Origin: Rhynchobatus australiae
Lineage: Eukaryota
DNA: 64,000 nucleotides
Assembly (NCBI GenBank): GCA_034780895.1
Contig: JAUZTB010000062.1
Span: 14,237,805-14,301,804, forward strand
Direction of reading: 5' to 3'
Shown here: positions 12,641 through 24,486 of the stretch, one piece after another
Layout: every line of letters begins with the position of its first letter
Position numbering within the stretch: the stretch's first letter is position 1
Translations under genes and position numbers: made by a program
Notes under the pieces: model-generated
Told to the model about the DNA's origin: nothing
Seen by the model: only the letters and a program-made list of their open reading frames with translations
Database searches by the model: none

Positions 12641-15600
12641 GAATAGGTTCTGATGAATTCCAACAACAAGCAAAATACATCAAGAACTGCAAAGTCAAAA
12701 TAGCACAAGAGGAAGAACAGCATTATGGGTGGAGATTGGCATATTTTTACTATGGCAAAAAAAGTCATAGAGAACACCTACCCTGCAGAAGTTAAATGGT
12801 GTTTTTGCAAATTGTCATAAATGAAACATACATTCGAAATAAGGAGGAATACTTGTATTTTAACCAAATCACTATGCAGGAAGGTCTGGCTAATGACAAG
12901 AGAAGTTTTTTTTCTTTTAATCAGTTAAATGAACCCATCCCATACAGCTCTCTGACCTGCAAGGACTATGTTCATCCTTAGACAATTAAAGTTCATCTAA
13001 ACTCTCTGAAGACAGCAATGTGTAGTACAACCAAATAGATTTTTATCATTGTATTTGAGTATTTCCTACTATGATACACCCAAAACAAATCCTCTTGGGG
13101 AAGGCAGCCAGAAATCTGAAATTTAGTTATCTAGGACAAACGTCTGTTTTATTTTTAAGCCTTAAACACAAAGTGGAGATTGACATTCCAGACATAGGCC
13201 CTACTCTATTCATGCTCATGTAAAAATAACCTGTAGTTAGCATTTACTGGGAAAACTACACATATTGTTGTATGAATACTTCCACTGGTCAGCAAAAAGG
13301 ATAAGCAGGAAAAACAAATGTGGTTATGGAGTGATATTTTAAACCAATAAAAATATAAAAAAACACCCTAATTACCCAACATACTTGACAAATAAATACT
13401 TTTGATTCTCAGCGTGGGGCATAGCTTTCTGGCTTTAAATATATTTTGTGGGTGGAGCTCATTCCATGGTAAGATCCTGTGGATGATAGAACTGGGGCAA
13501 CGCCAGGAGGTCAGCATTAGATCTGCACAAGGAAAGCCTGTACTTTTTCCATACGNNNNNNNNNNNNNNNNNNNNNNNNNNNNNNNNNNNNNNNNNNNNN
13601 NNNNNNNNNNNNNNNNNNNNNNNNNNNNNNNNNNNNNNNNNNNNNNNNNNNNNNNTACTTTTTCCATACGTCACTAGTGAATATGTGGAGCTTGCTGATG
13701 GCAGTCAAGTCTGCCCCGTTTTCATTGGTCTTTATAGGGCTGGGCCACTTTCCACTTGCATTGTTCTCTAAAGATCACCACAGTGGCAGAGATATTTATA
13801 GATATTTTCGTGAATCATGCACTAATCTACACGAAAGATTATTGCAAACAAATATGCATGTTCCACTCCATATGTTGGGTAGTGATGAAACAGCAGGTCA
13901 GGTATAGTAATATTTCCCCACCCTTCTCTCACAAATTGCCACTGTCCAAACCCCTTATCCCAATTCATGCCTCAATATTCTGTTCTCATTTTCCAACTAG
14001 TTCTCAATGAAACTGCAAAATCTATGCAGTCTAAAGTGAATTAAAGACAGTTTTGAGCTGGCAACCAGAAATGTTTGGTTAGGTCATTTACAGGCATAAG
14101 ACAGGAAGTAGCTTTCACCCAACCACACCAGGCTAACAGTCATATTCTGCAAAACACTTCTCCAATACTGCCACCCCCAAAATGCCCCAGATATTTCCTC
14201 TTTGAATCATCGATCTCCACAGATCAAAACATTTTTTTTGTGAACGTTTTGGCAGGTTCACCCTTTCAGAGCTTCTTTTGACCATATTTATAGAACTGGA
14301 GGGGTAAGCATTCCAGAAAATAAGCTCTTGGGACAATCCAACAGCTGCCTGATCAACATAGGTGATGTGAACTAATCATTCTCCAGGAGGTCATTCTGAT
14401 ATTGAATTGGATTGTAGGAAAATGTATATCCCAATCCTATTTCCTCCCCTTGGTACTCTTATCCAGCAAAAAAGTCATTTGTTTTCAAATTTAGCATTAT
14501 AGCTTTTTGGGAGCAGATGAGGCAGGATAAAAAGAGCTCCAGACTTACTCTCATAAAGGGGATGGTCCATTTTTAAGGATTAAACACCCTTGTTCTGGAA
14601 CTCCTGCACATAAAGGAAACCATTCTAGCCTCTCTAAAGGATCCCTTGGCAATCTGAAGTAAAATTGAATATAAACCAAATTTAAAATCAACCCACCGTC
14701 ATGATTGATCCTTTTAAAATCTGGTATCAGTCCTTCGAAAATGCACTGCGTCCCTCCAATGCCAGGTTATCTTTCCTGAAGTTTGGTAGTTAAAGTTGAA
14801 CATGGTGCTTCACAGAATATCTAGCCATAGTATTATGCAACTGAACCATCTGCCCTTACTTTTGAATTCCAATGTCCTTTTCTTTAGCCATTTCAATCAT
14901 TTTTGATATCTATGCAAATGACCTTCAGAACCATCTTGTTCCTCAGTAGCTCCTGGTCCTTTAAAAAAATTCTGAATTGTCCTTCAAGTGCTGATAACCT
15001 CATATACATCTGCTGTCAATCCCACTCAACCCATGCATCTCTGTAAATGCCTGTTACAAGCAGCATGCAAATCTGCCTTTCTTACAGGTCATGACTACAT
15101 GCAAATTTAGACCACAGTTTTGTGGCTAACACTTATCTGTCCTTTGAAACGGCCTCGAAAGCCACTCTGTAGTATCAAAATTGCAACAGCAACAACCTAA
15201 CCACCAAATTCACACAAGGCAAAGTTGCTCCTAGCTCAGTCAACTTTGAGTTTAGAGACACTCAAACTCAGCCAAGCTCAAGTGTCTCTATTGACCAGAA
15301 ACTCAACTGGATCAACCATACAAATAGAATGATACAAGAACCAGAGGCTGATACCGCACATCGACATGGCACAAGTTAGGAGTCTGATGAACTACTCTCC
15401 ACTTGCCAGGATCAGTGCATTTCCAACTCGCAAGAACCGCAACACAATTCAGAGCCAGATGGCCCACTTGATTCCTAACACATCCACCACCCCAATTCAT
15501 TCCCTTCCTCACAAATGCAGTGGCTGCAGTCTGTATCATCTGCAAAGTGCGCTGCAGTTATTTGCCTAGGTTGTTCCAAAAGTACCTTTCCAACTCATTG

Positions 15601-18018
15601 CCTCTATCCAAGAGGACCAAGGGCAGCAACCAGATGCAAACACCATCACTTGTAGGCTCACCCAAGCCACATGTCACCTTGACTTGGAAACACTTTGCTG
15701 TTCTTTCATTGTCACCACCACCCCGCCTCCCCATCAACTTTGCCTAAACAAGAGCAACGTGGGAGTATCTTCACCACAGGATTGCAACAGTTCTAAAAGA
15801 TAAACAAATAGAGCAAGATATGGCTTAATCTCATACAATCAAGAATTAATTTCCTTTTTGCACAAGTCGCTCTAAGCTTCGTACATAACTAGAGGATGAA
15901 ACAGTTGTCGTTAATTCGCAAAATGGTGTAACATGTCAGTGCACAATTCAGTTGTCTTTGAGTCATTTATTTTTCTGCTGAGGTACAGGGTGGGCTAATT
16001 CATACTGTTTGACCAAACTTTGTCAAAGCACAAATGAAATTACAGCCTTGAGATAGCATGTGTATAATGGAACCAAGATGATTGGTTACATGGTTAATGG
16101 TAAACAAGACTGGCCATCTGGAGTTTATGAAGAACCACCTCATTTTAATGGAGATGGGGATGCATCTATCCAATAAACTAAGGTGGCATGACCCTTTACA
16201 AACAGTCTGAGGTGGAATTTTTGGCATTTACCAACGAGCACTAAGGAGCTTGCTGGTAAATGCCACAAGTTCCACATCAAACTGCTGACATTTAATCATC
16301 ATGAGTGGCAACTTTTTGGGCCTCCCACTTGAATGTGGAAGTGCTGAACCTGCCAATCACCAGGATGTGCTCTAAAATTGAATTCAGCAGAGCACAAACT
16401 TGCCGCACTACCCAATATTTGTACTGAGGAATCTGCCTAGCACACCCTGGGCAAATTAGCTCTGGTGTAGAGAAAACAATTCCATTCACTTGAATAGAGG
16501 GAGAAAAACATGCAAGTATAAAAGGTAATTTATGGTTTTAATAATGAGTTTGCTTTGATGCTTTAAGTTGCTTAAACATCTTTTATACTTTTAATTTTAA
16601 AAATACTGTTTAATTGCTTTCATTTTTGATTGTTTCTGAAAATCATCAACTGTCTGGGACTATGGTTTTCCTAGCTGCCAAGCAGTCTTGTCATTCAGAG
16701 GGTTATTCTGGTTTCTCCATGTTACAGACATGTAGGTCCTCTCTACTGGGGGATTGACAACAAGCAAATCTGCGCTTCATATGACAGCAAGTTATGGCCC
16801 AATAAATGAGAGGCAGGAATACTTTTTTTTCAGCATAACCTAAATCACAACAGTGGCTATCCATCAATCCAGCAATAAAATAAACTAAGTCGATCAAATG
16901 TGCACAAGTGCAGTAGGTTTCACTACTGCAAGTGAATTGTAATTTGTCCACAGCTGGCACTTTGCACATATACTTTTAAAAGAAAAATTCAGCTGCCAAA
17001 ACCTGCATGCAGAAAGCCCCCAACAGCTTAGAAACCTATCCAAGAAAAACAATCAAATCTGAACTGTGAATCAACTCGTTCTTAGTTACATTTTGTGTAG
17101 CATTCAGATTTACCATCAAAGAATTTGTTCAAGTACCCCAATGAAGAACCTTAGCTGTTGAAGGTTATGGAATTGGCCTGTTTAGAAAACTGGGTGAGAA
17201 ACAGAGTCAAGATGATGGGCCAGAGGTGATCTGGCCAGACTCTAAATGGCCAGAGGTGACTGGCAGCATCCACAAGAATCTGTGGGTGCTTTAGCAATTT
17301 GATGTAAATGACTTGGACATGTAGTGTTCTACCCCATTATTTGAGTTGGGCAATAAAACAAAAGGTGGGCAACATTGTTAATGCTTTTGTTTGCACTGCT
17401 TACAAAATGACATAAATAGGCTGAGCAAACAGGTAAAACCAACAAAATTTATTTCAATGTAGACAGTCAGAAACAGCAATGGTCAAAAGAGATGCTGAAT
17501 CCATATTTGCAAGTCACTAAAGTTGTGGACAGATTCTAAAATAATGAAAGCAAATGGATAAAAAGGGGAACAGCAGTTAAGGAACAACCATGTGAAGCCC
17601 ATCAGGGCAGCTGCTGGTAGAAGTGAGTAGACATGAGATCTTAAGGACAATGAAATTCTTCCCATGGTCACTTACAATTTATTAGAATGCTACCCAGGCT
17701 CCAAGAGTTACATTGGGAGGAAGGATTACACAAACTTTGGTTGGATTCCTTAGGATTAATTTAAAGTACAATTTGATTGAAGTTTTCACCACAAAAGAAG
17801 AGATGAAAAGAGTCTGTCCAACTCTGTTTGGGCAATGTCCCTTTTGTGAGACTCTATAATCAATAGTTATAGTCTCAGAAAAGGGACATTGTCTAAACAG
17901 AGCTAGGCCTTTCAAAAGTAAAGCTAGAAAATACTGGTGAGGTTTTCCAAACAACCACTACAACAGATATTAACTTTTCCAATCTGATGGAGAGATTTTT
18001 TCTTTAGTTAACCAACTA

Positions 18019-18203
18019 CAGGTCCTCCCCAGGTTCTGTTTCTGTGAACTGTTCATAGGTCACGTCGGAAGTGCGGCCGTGAACAGAGTTGCCACACAGC
18101 GGAAGGTGCCTGCAGCAGCTGGCAAATCCATCCCACCAGTCCCCCAAATGCTCGATGTACATGCTGTACTTGAGTCAGGCATTCATTAGCTGGGTGGAAC
18201 CTG
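18019..18203 (-). mobile_element. TA-flanked MITE (TcMar/Tigger-like), copy 1
   Basis: TA|CAGGTCCTCCCCAG...CTGGGTGGAACCTG|TA; homologous to 40259-40468. Confidence 0.7.
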
Positions 18204-20049
18204 TAATACAAAGCAAAGGCAAGCACATGGAATAAGGTCACAGATCTGCCACAAACACAGTCAATGGCAGATGACTCCAGGGACTAAAGGCCCTGCTCCT
18301 ATTGTCCTTGCAGCACTGAAGTTTATAACGACAGAGGCATTATACCATGAAGATATCAGAAAAGATCTTTTAGCAGCTAAATGAAAGTGGTTGAGAAGTT
18401 TTAGTGCATTCATTTGGAAGGGTGGTGCCAGGTTGGTGTTGTGTTGGCTGGAGGGAGGTTACAAGGAGGCCAGGCTCATTCCACGTGCTTCTCATAATTT
18501 TGTATTCCTACAAGGTCCTCTCTCAGCATCCTATGCTTCAACAGAAACAAACCCAGCCTACTTAGCCTTCCTTTTGACAGCAATCATTCCCATTACTCAT
18601 TCTAAGCTCCCCAACAATGCTCCACTAAAAAGGCAACAAAGCCACCCTTTGCACCCCAACAAAGCATATGGGTAACTCATGCCAGTATTGGTCAAAGTCC
18701 CAGAAATGACACAAAACCACCCAGAAATGGTCATTATCACATTGAAGCTTTTCAATTGCATTACTCTAAAAAAAATAAATGTGATGCAACTGAATTGCTC
18801 ATCAGAAGTCTGTTCAAGATGGCCTGGCCTTTTAACGTCACCAAGTCTGACAGTTACAAAACTATAGTTAATGGCGTCCTGTTGAATTGCAGAGGGTGGG
18901 AACAGTTTGCAGACTGTCAAGTATTTGTCAATTTGCAATTGCAAGTCAGGTTGCAAACCTCCCTTGTCAACAGCAAACTTTTGTATGGCCATCAACTGAA
19001 AACAAAACAAACACACTTTAACTGGGCTCAAATTTCTATAGATCATTACACCCCACACCTCTACCACTTGGTAACTAACGCAGTCTTCTTGGACCTTCAA
19101 GATAAAACATGCTCAGGCCCCCTACAAAAGGCCATTCCATATACTTATAATTCATTGCAAAAAAGTGGTTAAAATTCACAAATTCACTCTTCAAGTCCAC
19201 GATCATGGTGTTACTGCAGAATTGCAACTATGTTAATTCTATCAAGTCAATTTCAGTATTCTAAGATTTTAAAAAAAAACTAAATTTGTTGAATAAAAAG
19301 TTGATTTGTGACATCCCAAAATTGGGTTCTCCACTCAAAATGATGGAAGTGCTGTCAAGATTCAGGAGCGATTACTGCCTTTTATGGATTGTAGTTGAGG
19401 AAGCAGTTTTGAACCACTGAAGATCAGGACTACAAGTTTAAAAATACTCCCCCCTCAAGGTGAAAGTTCCCAATAGTAAAACGCCATCAATAAACTTTAC
19501 TGGGTGTGTTGGCCTGTGATACAATGGAGATCTATCTACACAAACCTCGGGCCCAGATTTTAATCACACAACTCCTCTTGGCTCTCTGCTGCTGCATTCT
19601 GATATTGAATCAACTTCCTCCACAGGTTGCCACAAAAACCATTTTCTGCCTATTACTCAGCTCAGGCCATAAGCTGACCAATAAAGAGGATGACTAATTG
19701 CAGCAGTTCATAAAAACAGGAGTGATGAGTAATATTTGAAAAAATGCTATGCAGTTTCATTTTATGATTAAACTTAGCTATGTTCCACCAAATGCACTTG
19801 TGAAAAAAAGTGGAAATTGCCATTGGTGAGATTAGCAAACAAATCATTGAGCTTTATAAGGAGTTCCTTTGACTGATATTTAAAGCAGGTATCATTTAAC
19901 TTATTTGAAATATCCCCACCAAAATAACAGATGGAAGATCACATTTGTATGATATCATTGTATTATAGGCATCAAACTTCAACAACCAACTTTAGCTTTT
20001 CTGCTGTTGCTTGACAGGCAAAATAATTGCTTTATTGCTTCCTACAACA

Positions 20050-21030
20050 AACTCAAAACATCCCAAGATATGCCAGGAAATCAAACAAATCAATGCCAAG
20101 GAGAATATGCATAAAAGCTGGTCAAAGAGTTTCATTTAATAGAAAATCTTAGAGAAAAGTAGAGTGACAGATTGAGAGAAATTCAGAGCTTATGGCCTTG
20201 ACAGAGCAGCTAAAGTCACTGATGTCATAGAGAAGCAATTAACTTTCAGAATGAGCAAGGAGGCCAAAATTAGTGCAATGCAGATATCTCACAGTTACAA
20301 GGATGGATGAGATTGCAGGAGGAAAGAGAAGGGCAAGGCAATTGGAGCAATTTGAAGGACAAAAAATTTTAAAACTGAGAAACTGCTTATTATAGGGCAA
20401 CTAGCAAAAAGTTGGTTAATAAATTGGACATGCTGCGAGTTAGGACCTTGTCAGCAGGGCTTTGGATGACCTTTATAAACCCAAGATATCTGCATTTTGT
20501 AGCAGAACAAGCTATCCAGAAGTGCATTGGAATGGTCAAATCTAGAAGGCAACAACAGCAGGACAAGAGCTTCACCAACAGATAACCTGATACAACAATG
20601 GAGTATGGATATATTATGGAGCTGGAAATAAGTGGTCAGTGACAGCATGGATCCAAAGCTCATCACAGTCGTTGAAGGTAGCAAATGGTCTTGGTCAGTA
20701 TCAAAGAGTTGGTTGGGGCAGACTTCATTGTTCCGCTGGAAGAAGTTTCTGCTCATCTAGTGCTGCATGTCAGGTAAGCAGTCTGACAAGTTGAAGTGGA
20801 AGGCTCAAGTGTGGTAGTGTTTAAGTAGATCTGGAGGTACTGTAGATCTGGCAAATTGCCAGTTTACTTGGAAGTTGACATTGTATCCAGATTACATAGT
20901 CAAAGACAATGTTTAGGAGGATCACCACATACAAATTCTTGAGGTACAAAGATAGTATTGAAGGCTGGGGAAGAAAAGCCTTTGCTGGCGATTTCTTGCC
21001 AATAACTGGAAGTTGAGCATGATCCCACCC
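20050..21030 (-). mobile_element. Old L2-like LINE fragment
   Basis: Decayed L2-like text (gatatctgcattttgtag...atagtc..ctaga; ctttgactatgtaatctgg). Confidence 0.45.
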
Positions 21031-21149
21031 AGCTGCAGGATTCTAATAGAATTCACAAGCTCAGTACGTTATATTTTACCACAGTACCATATTTATTGCT
21101 TCTTAATGTCATTACTGCATTTTTCTGTTATTTGCAATTATAAAATCCA

Positions 21150-21490
21150 AGGGGCATACATAAGGTGGATGGTCAAAGTCTTTTTCCCAGGGCAGGGAAA
21201 TCTAAAGCTAGAGGGCATAGGTTGAAGGAGAGAGGGGAAAGGTTTTTTAAAAAAAGGGATCTAAGGGGCAAGTTTTTCCACACAGATGGTGGTGGGTTAT
21301 GGAACAAGCTGCCAGGAGGCATGGTTGGAGGTGTATAATTACAAATGTTTAAAAGACATTTGGACAGGTCATGGATTGGAAAGGTTTAGAGGGATAAGGG
21401 AAAAATGCTGGCAAATGAAACTAGCATCAGAAGGCACTTTGGTCAGCATGGGCGAGTTGAGCTGAAGGGCCTTTTTCTGTACTTTATCAC
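21150..21490 (+). mobile_element. CR1 3' end
   Basis: ctagagggcataggttgaag...ggaacaagctgccagg...gaagggcctttttctgt tail. Confidence 0.8.
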
Positions 21491-22399
21491 AGTGTTTTAT
21501 TATGCAGGATTCCATGGAAAGAATGTGATATAAATAACTTTTATTAAAAAAATTTACAGGCATGGTTGTCACTGGCAAACTTGATGCCCAGCCCAACTGC
21601 CTGATAGCTGTCTCCTTAAACCTCTGCAGTCCACATAGTAAAGGTTCTCCTTCAGTACCATTGGGTAGGTACCTCCAGAACTGGACCCACCAATAGTACA
21701 TTTCCAAGCCAGCTTGGTGCATGCCTTGCCCGAGGCCATTTATCCTCCCAGGTAGTAGAGATTGCAGGTTTGGAGTGCTCTTTCTAGATAGGGTTCATTG
21801 GCAACCCTGGCTACATTGGTGTTGGCTTATTAAATTAAGCATCATCACTCACCAATGGCACAACATGGTAATCAAAAATCATTTTGCAAAGAAATATTCT
21901 ATCCTTATCATTGAGATTTTCAGGCCACTGGGTATGCAGACCAGGGTGTTTAAATGCACTGCAGTATCAGAATGTGACAAGAAAAAGGCCTTCTTAAAAT
22001 TAAAAGAATCACTGCATTATCACACATACAAAAAGTTTACTCCTCAGAATATTTAGTGCATGGGAGAAAAGACTTTCTTAAAGCTAGCAATTTCAGCTAG
22101 CAGCACAAAGGGTGACAACAACATCTATCTTGATTGTGATATTTCCTGTGATTATAGAGCCTGTTAAAACTCTTGCACAAAGTACAGTTATTTAAATGAG
22201 GAACTAATTGGTAGCCGAGTCTTTGAAATCATACTCTGGTAGACAAAGAAACCATTCAAGTGTGTGTGAATGCAGAAAAAGAGAGGAATAAGACCTTAAA
22301 AAAAAGAGACAGGAAAAGGCTTTTCCCCCCCGAAGCCTGTTTAATAAGATGGTCAATCTTTTACCTCTACTCAAACCTCCTGGACTGCCCCCATAATAT

Positions 22400-23125
22400 C
22401 CAAACACCTATCATGATTTTGCTCAATGACACAGTCCCCGCAGGCCCCTAGGGTAGAGAACTACAAAGATTCACTACTCTCTGCATAAAGTAGTTTCTTC
22501 GCATCTCAGTCCCAAACGACTAAGCCTTCATTTTGAGACAGTGACCCCTGGTTTCAGACACACCAGCTAAGGAAATGAGCTCTGTTGCATCAATGCTGCA
22601 AAGCCCTGCAAGAATTTTAAACATTTAAATGAGATTACTTCTCATTCTTCCAAAGTCAAAAATCATGTCTATTTTGCTTAATTTTTTTGTTCTTAAAAGA
22701 AAGGACAAGCCCCCATTCCAGCAACCTTCACTGCACAGACTGTATCCAAAGTACAGCATTCTAAGTAGGGAGATCAGAACTTTACACAATATTATAGGTG
22801 CAATCTCACCAGGGCCCTTTATATAAAAAAAGACATCTGCATTTGTATACTCAAATCTTCTTGCAATAAAGGCAAACTTACCTTTGTAAATGCTTACTGA
22901 ACTACCATGCTAACTTTCAGTGATTTGTGGACACCGAAGTCTCCCTACACCAACACATTTCAGTCTTTCACTATTTTAAAAGGATGCAGTTTTTCTACTC
23001 TTGCTACCAAAGTAGATAACTACTTTTTCAAGATTCTACTTCATCTGCCATGTCCTTATCCATTCACTTAGACGCCAAAGCTTCAATACATCACCCATAC
23101 AACAAATACTACCCAGCTTTGTGTG
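22400..23125 (-). mobile_element. CR1 fragment
   Basis: Reverse-complement CR1 3' region (caaagattcactactctctg, cttgcaataaaggc). Confidence 0.65.
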
Positions 23126-23404
23126 CCTGGAATAAAAAAGACATACTAAAAAGAAAAACTTGAAGTAAGAAGAGTTGGATAGACCTTAAGCAAAATCTTT
23201 TTATGTTCCAATATTACTTATCTCTAGTTCCTTAACTCAAGGGCAAAATGAAACAGAAAAAAAAACTAAAAACCACATTAATAACAGATTTCAAGATGTG
23301 ATATATTCAATATGAAATGTTGACTAGATCAACACCCTGCATTAGAGGGGCATCACTGGAATTCAGAACCTTGCGTATAAAATATTTGAAGGGGTCAGTT
23401 GTAC

Positions 23405-23440
23405 CTTTAAGGCCTTGTTTCCCTTGTTAGTAGTCGTCAT
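23405..23440 (-). CDS. MAFG: MAFG first coding exon (MTTTNKGNKALK); the exon spans 23405-23468 including 28 nt of 5'UTR
   Basis: The minus strand reads ttttcccacAG|GTTTGCGT...GGT ATG ACG ACT ACT AAC AAG GGA AAC AAG GCC TTA AAG|GTAC. This matches the MafG N-terminus (MTTPNKGNKALK), and a phase-0 join gives 12+150=162 aa. Confidence 0.95.
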
Positions 23441-24375
23441 ACCACGGCACACTTTCAATCACGCAAACCTGTGGGAAAAGAAAATGTATACTTATTTTGA
23501 GGGTTTTTATTTATATAAACAGTGAAAGGAATCAAATAACCTTGTATCTAAATACAGCTTCCATTTGGAGGTGATAAATACACTTACTTAATGTACATAT
23601 TGAATGAGGAGGCAAAGTATACAGTCTTCAGATTGAAGACTAGACTGCTGATCCATGCCAAGTAACAGGGATGGTACTATTGACCTGCATTCCAAGTAGT
23701 GTTGGAGAACAATGACACCCACCACGTTGGAGTAGCCTGACAACAGTAATCAAGGTCAACAGTTATGACTAAAAATCACCATTTGGACCAGTACAAGGGT
23801 TTGGCTCCATCCATCAAGTTATAGTCCAGATGAAAATGATTTCAGGAGAAAATACTGGGGAGAACCACGATAGAACAGAAAACCNNNNNNNNNNTGGAGT
23901 ATAGAGGGCTTGAGAGATAAAAGGGGAAAAAAATTCAGTCACTTGAACCAATCATGCAGGCTACTGATGGTCACACATTGTACTCTACCTTTTCTTTAAT
24001 TGGTTTCCATCAAAGTCAACTGAAGTGACTTTCAGAAGTACAGCATAATGTACAGACACGACTAAATTGTGTTTTAGCTCAAGTGCAAGATTCGACACCA
24101 ATGGCATTACCCTCCCATACATATAACACAAAGTCCTGGATTTCACCTAGAAAATTTAAATTTTCCTCAACTCCAAGGCAATCTAAATGGCAGTTTAAAA
24201 AAAAAGGTATAGTCTTACCTACAGATAGCTCAACAGAAGAAACAGTTAAACAAAGGAGTTTCTAAAGGAATCTCTTGGAATATATCCAGAATACCAAAAA
24301 CAGAGCAGCCACCAAGGATTCCAGACAAAACTCAAATATACCACTTTGTAATAATCACTCAAGTGGCCAAAGCAG

Positions 24376-24486
24376 CAGGAACTTCCTGTTTGTGTAATCA
24401 TCATCATGGCAGAACCATATAGCTAGCCTCTGACCAGCATTAATGCTAGAATCATGATGAGTCAGCATTTTCAGTACAATGCTGAC
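24376..24486. promoter_or_regulatory. ARE/CsMBE with ETS pair and Maf half-site
   Basis: ATGAGTCAGCATTTT 24457-24471, CAGGAACTTCCTG 24376-24388 and TGCTGAC 24480-24486. Confidence 0.6.

Noticed and set aside
15253-15290. 10-bp inverted repeat TAGAGACACT...AGTGTCTCTA
   Set aside because: Short and isolated, with no supporting context.
18391-19172. Cluster of 94-167 aa ORFs on both strands
   Set aside because: No recognisable domain or splice structure; consistent with chance in intronic DNA.
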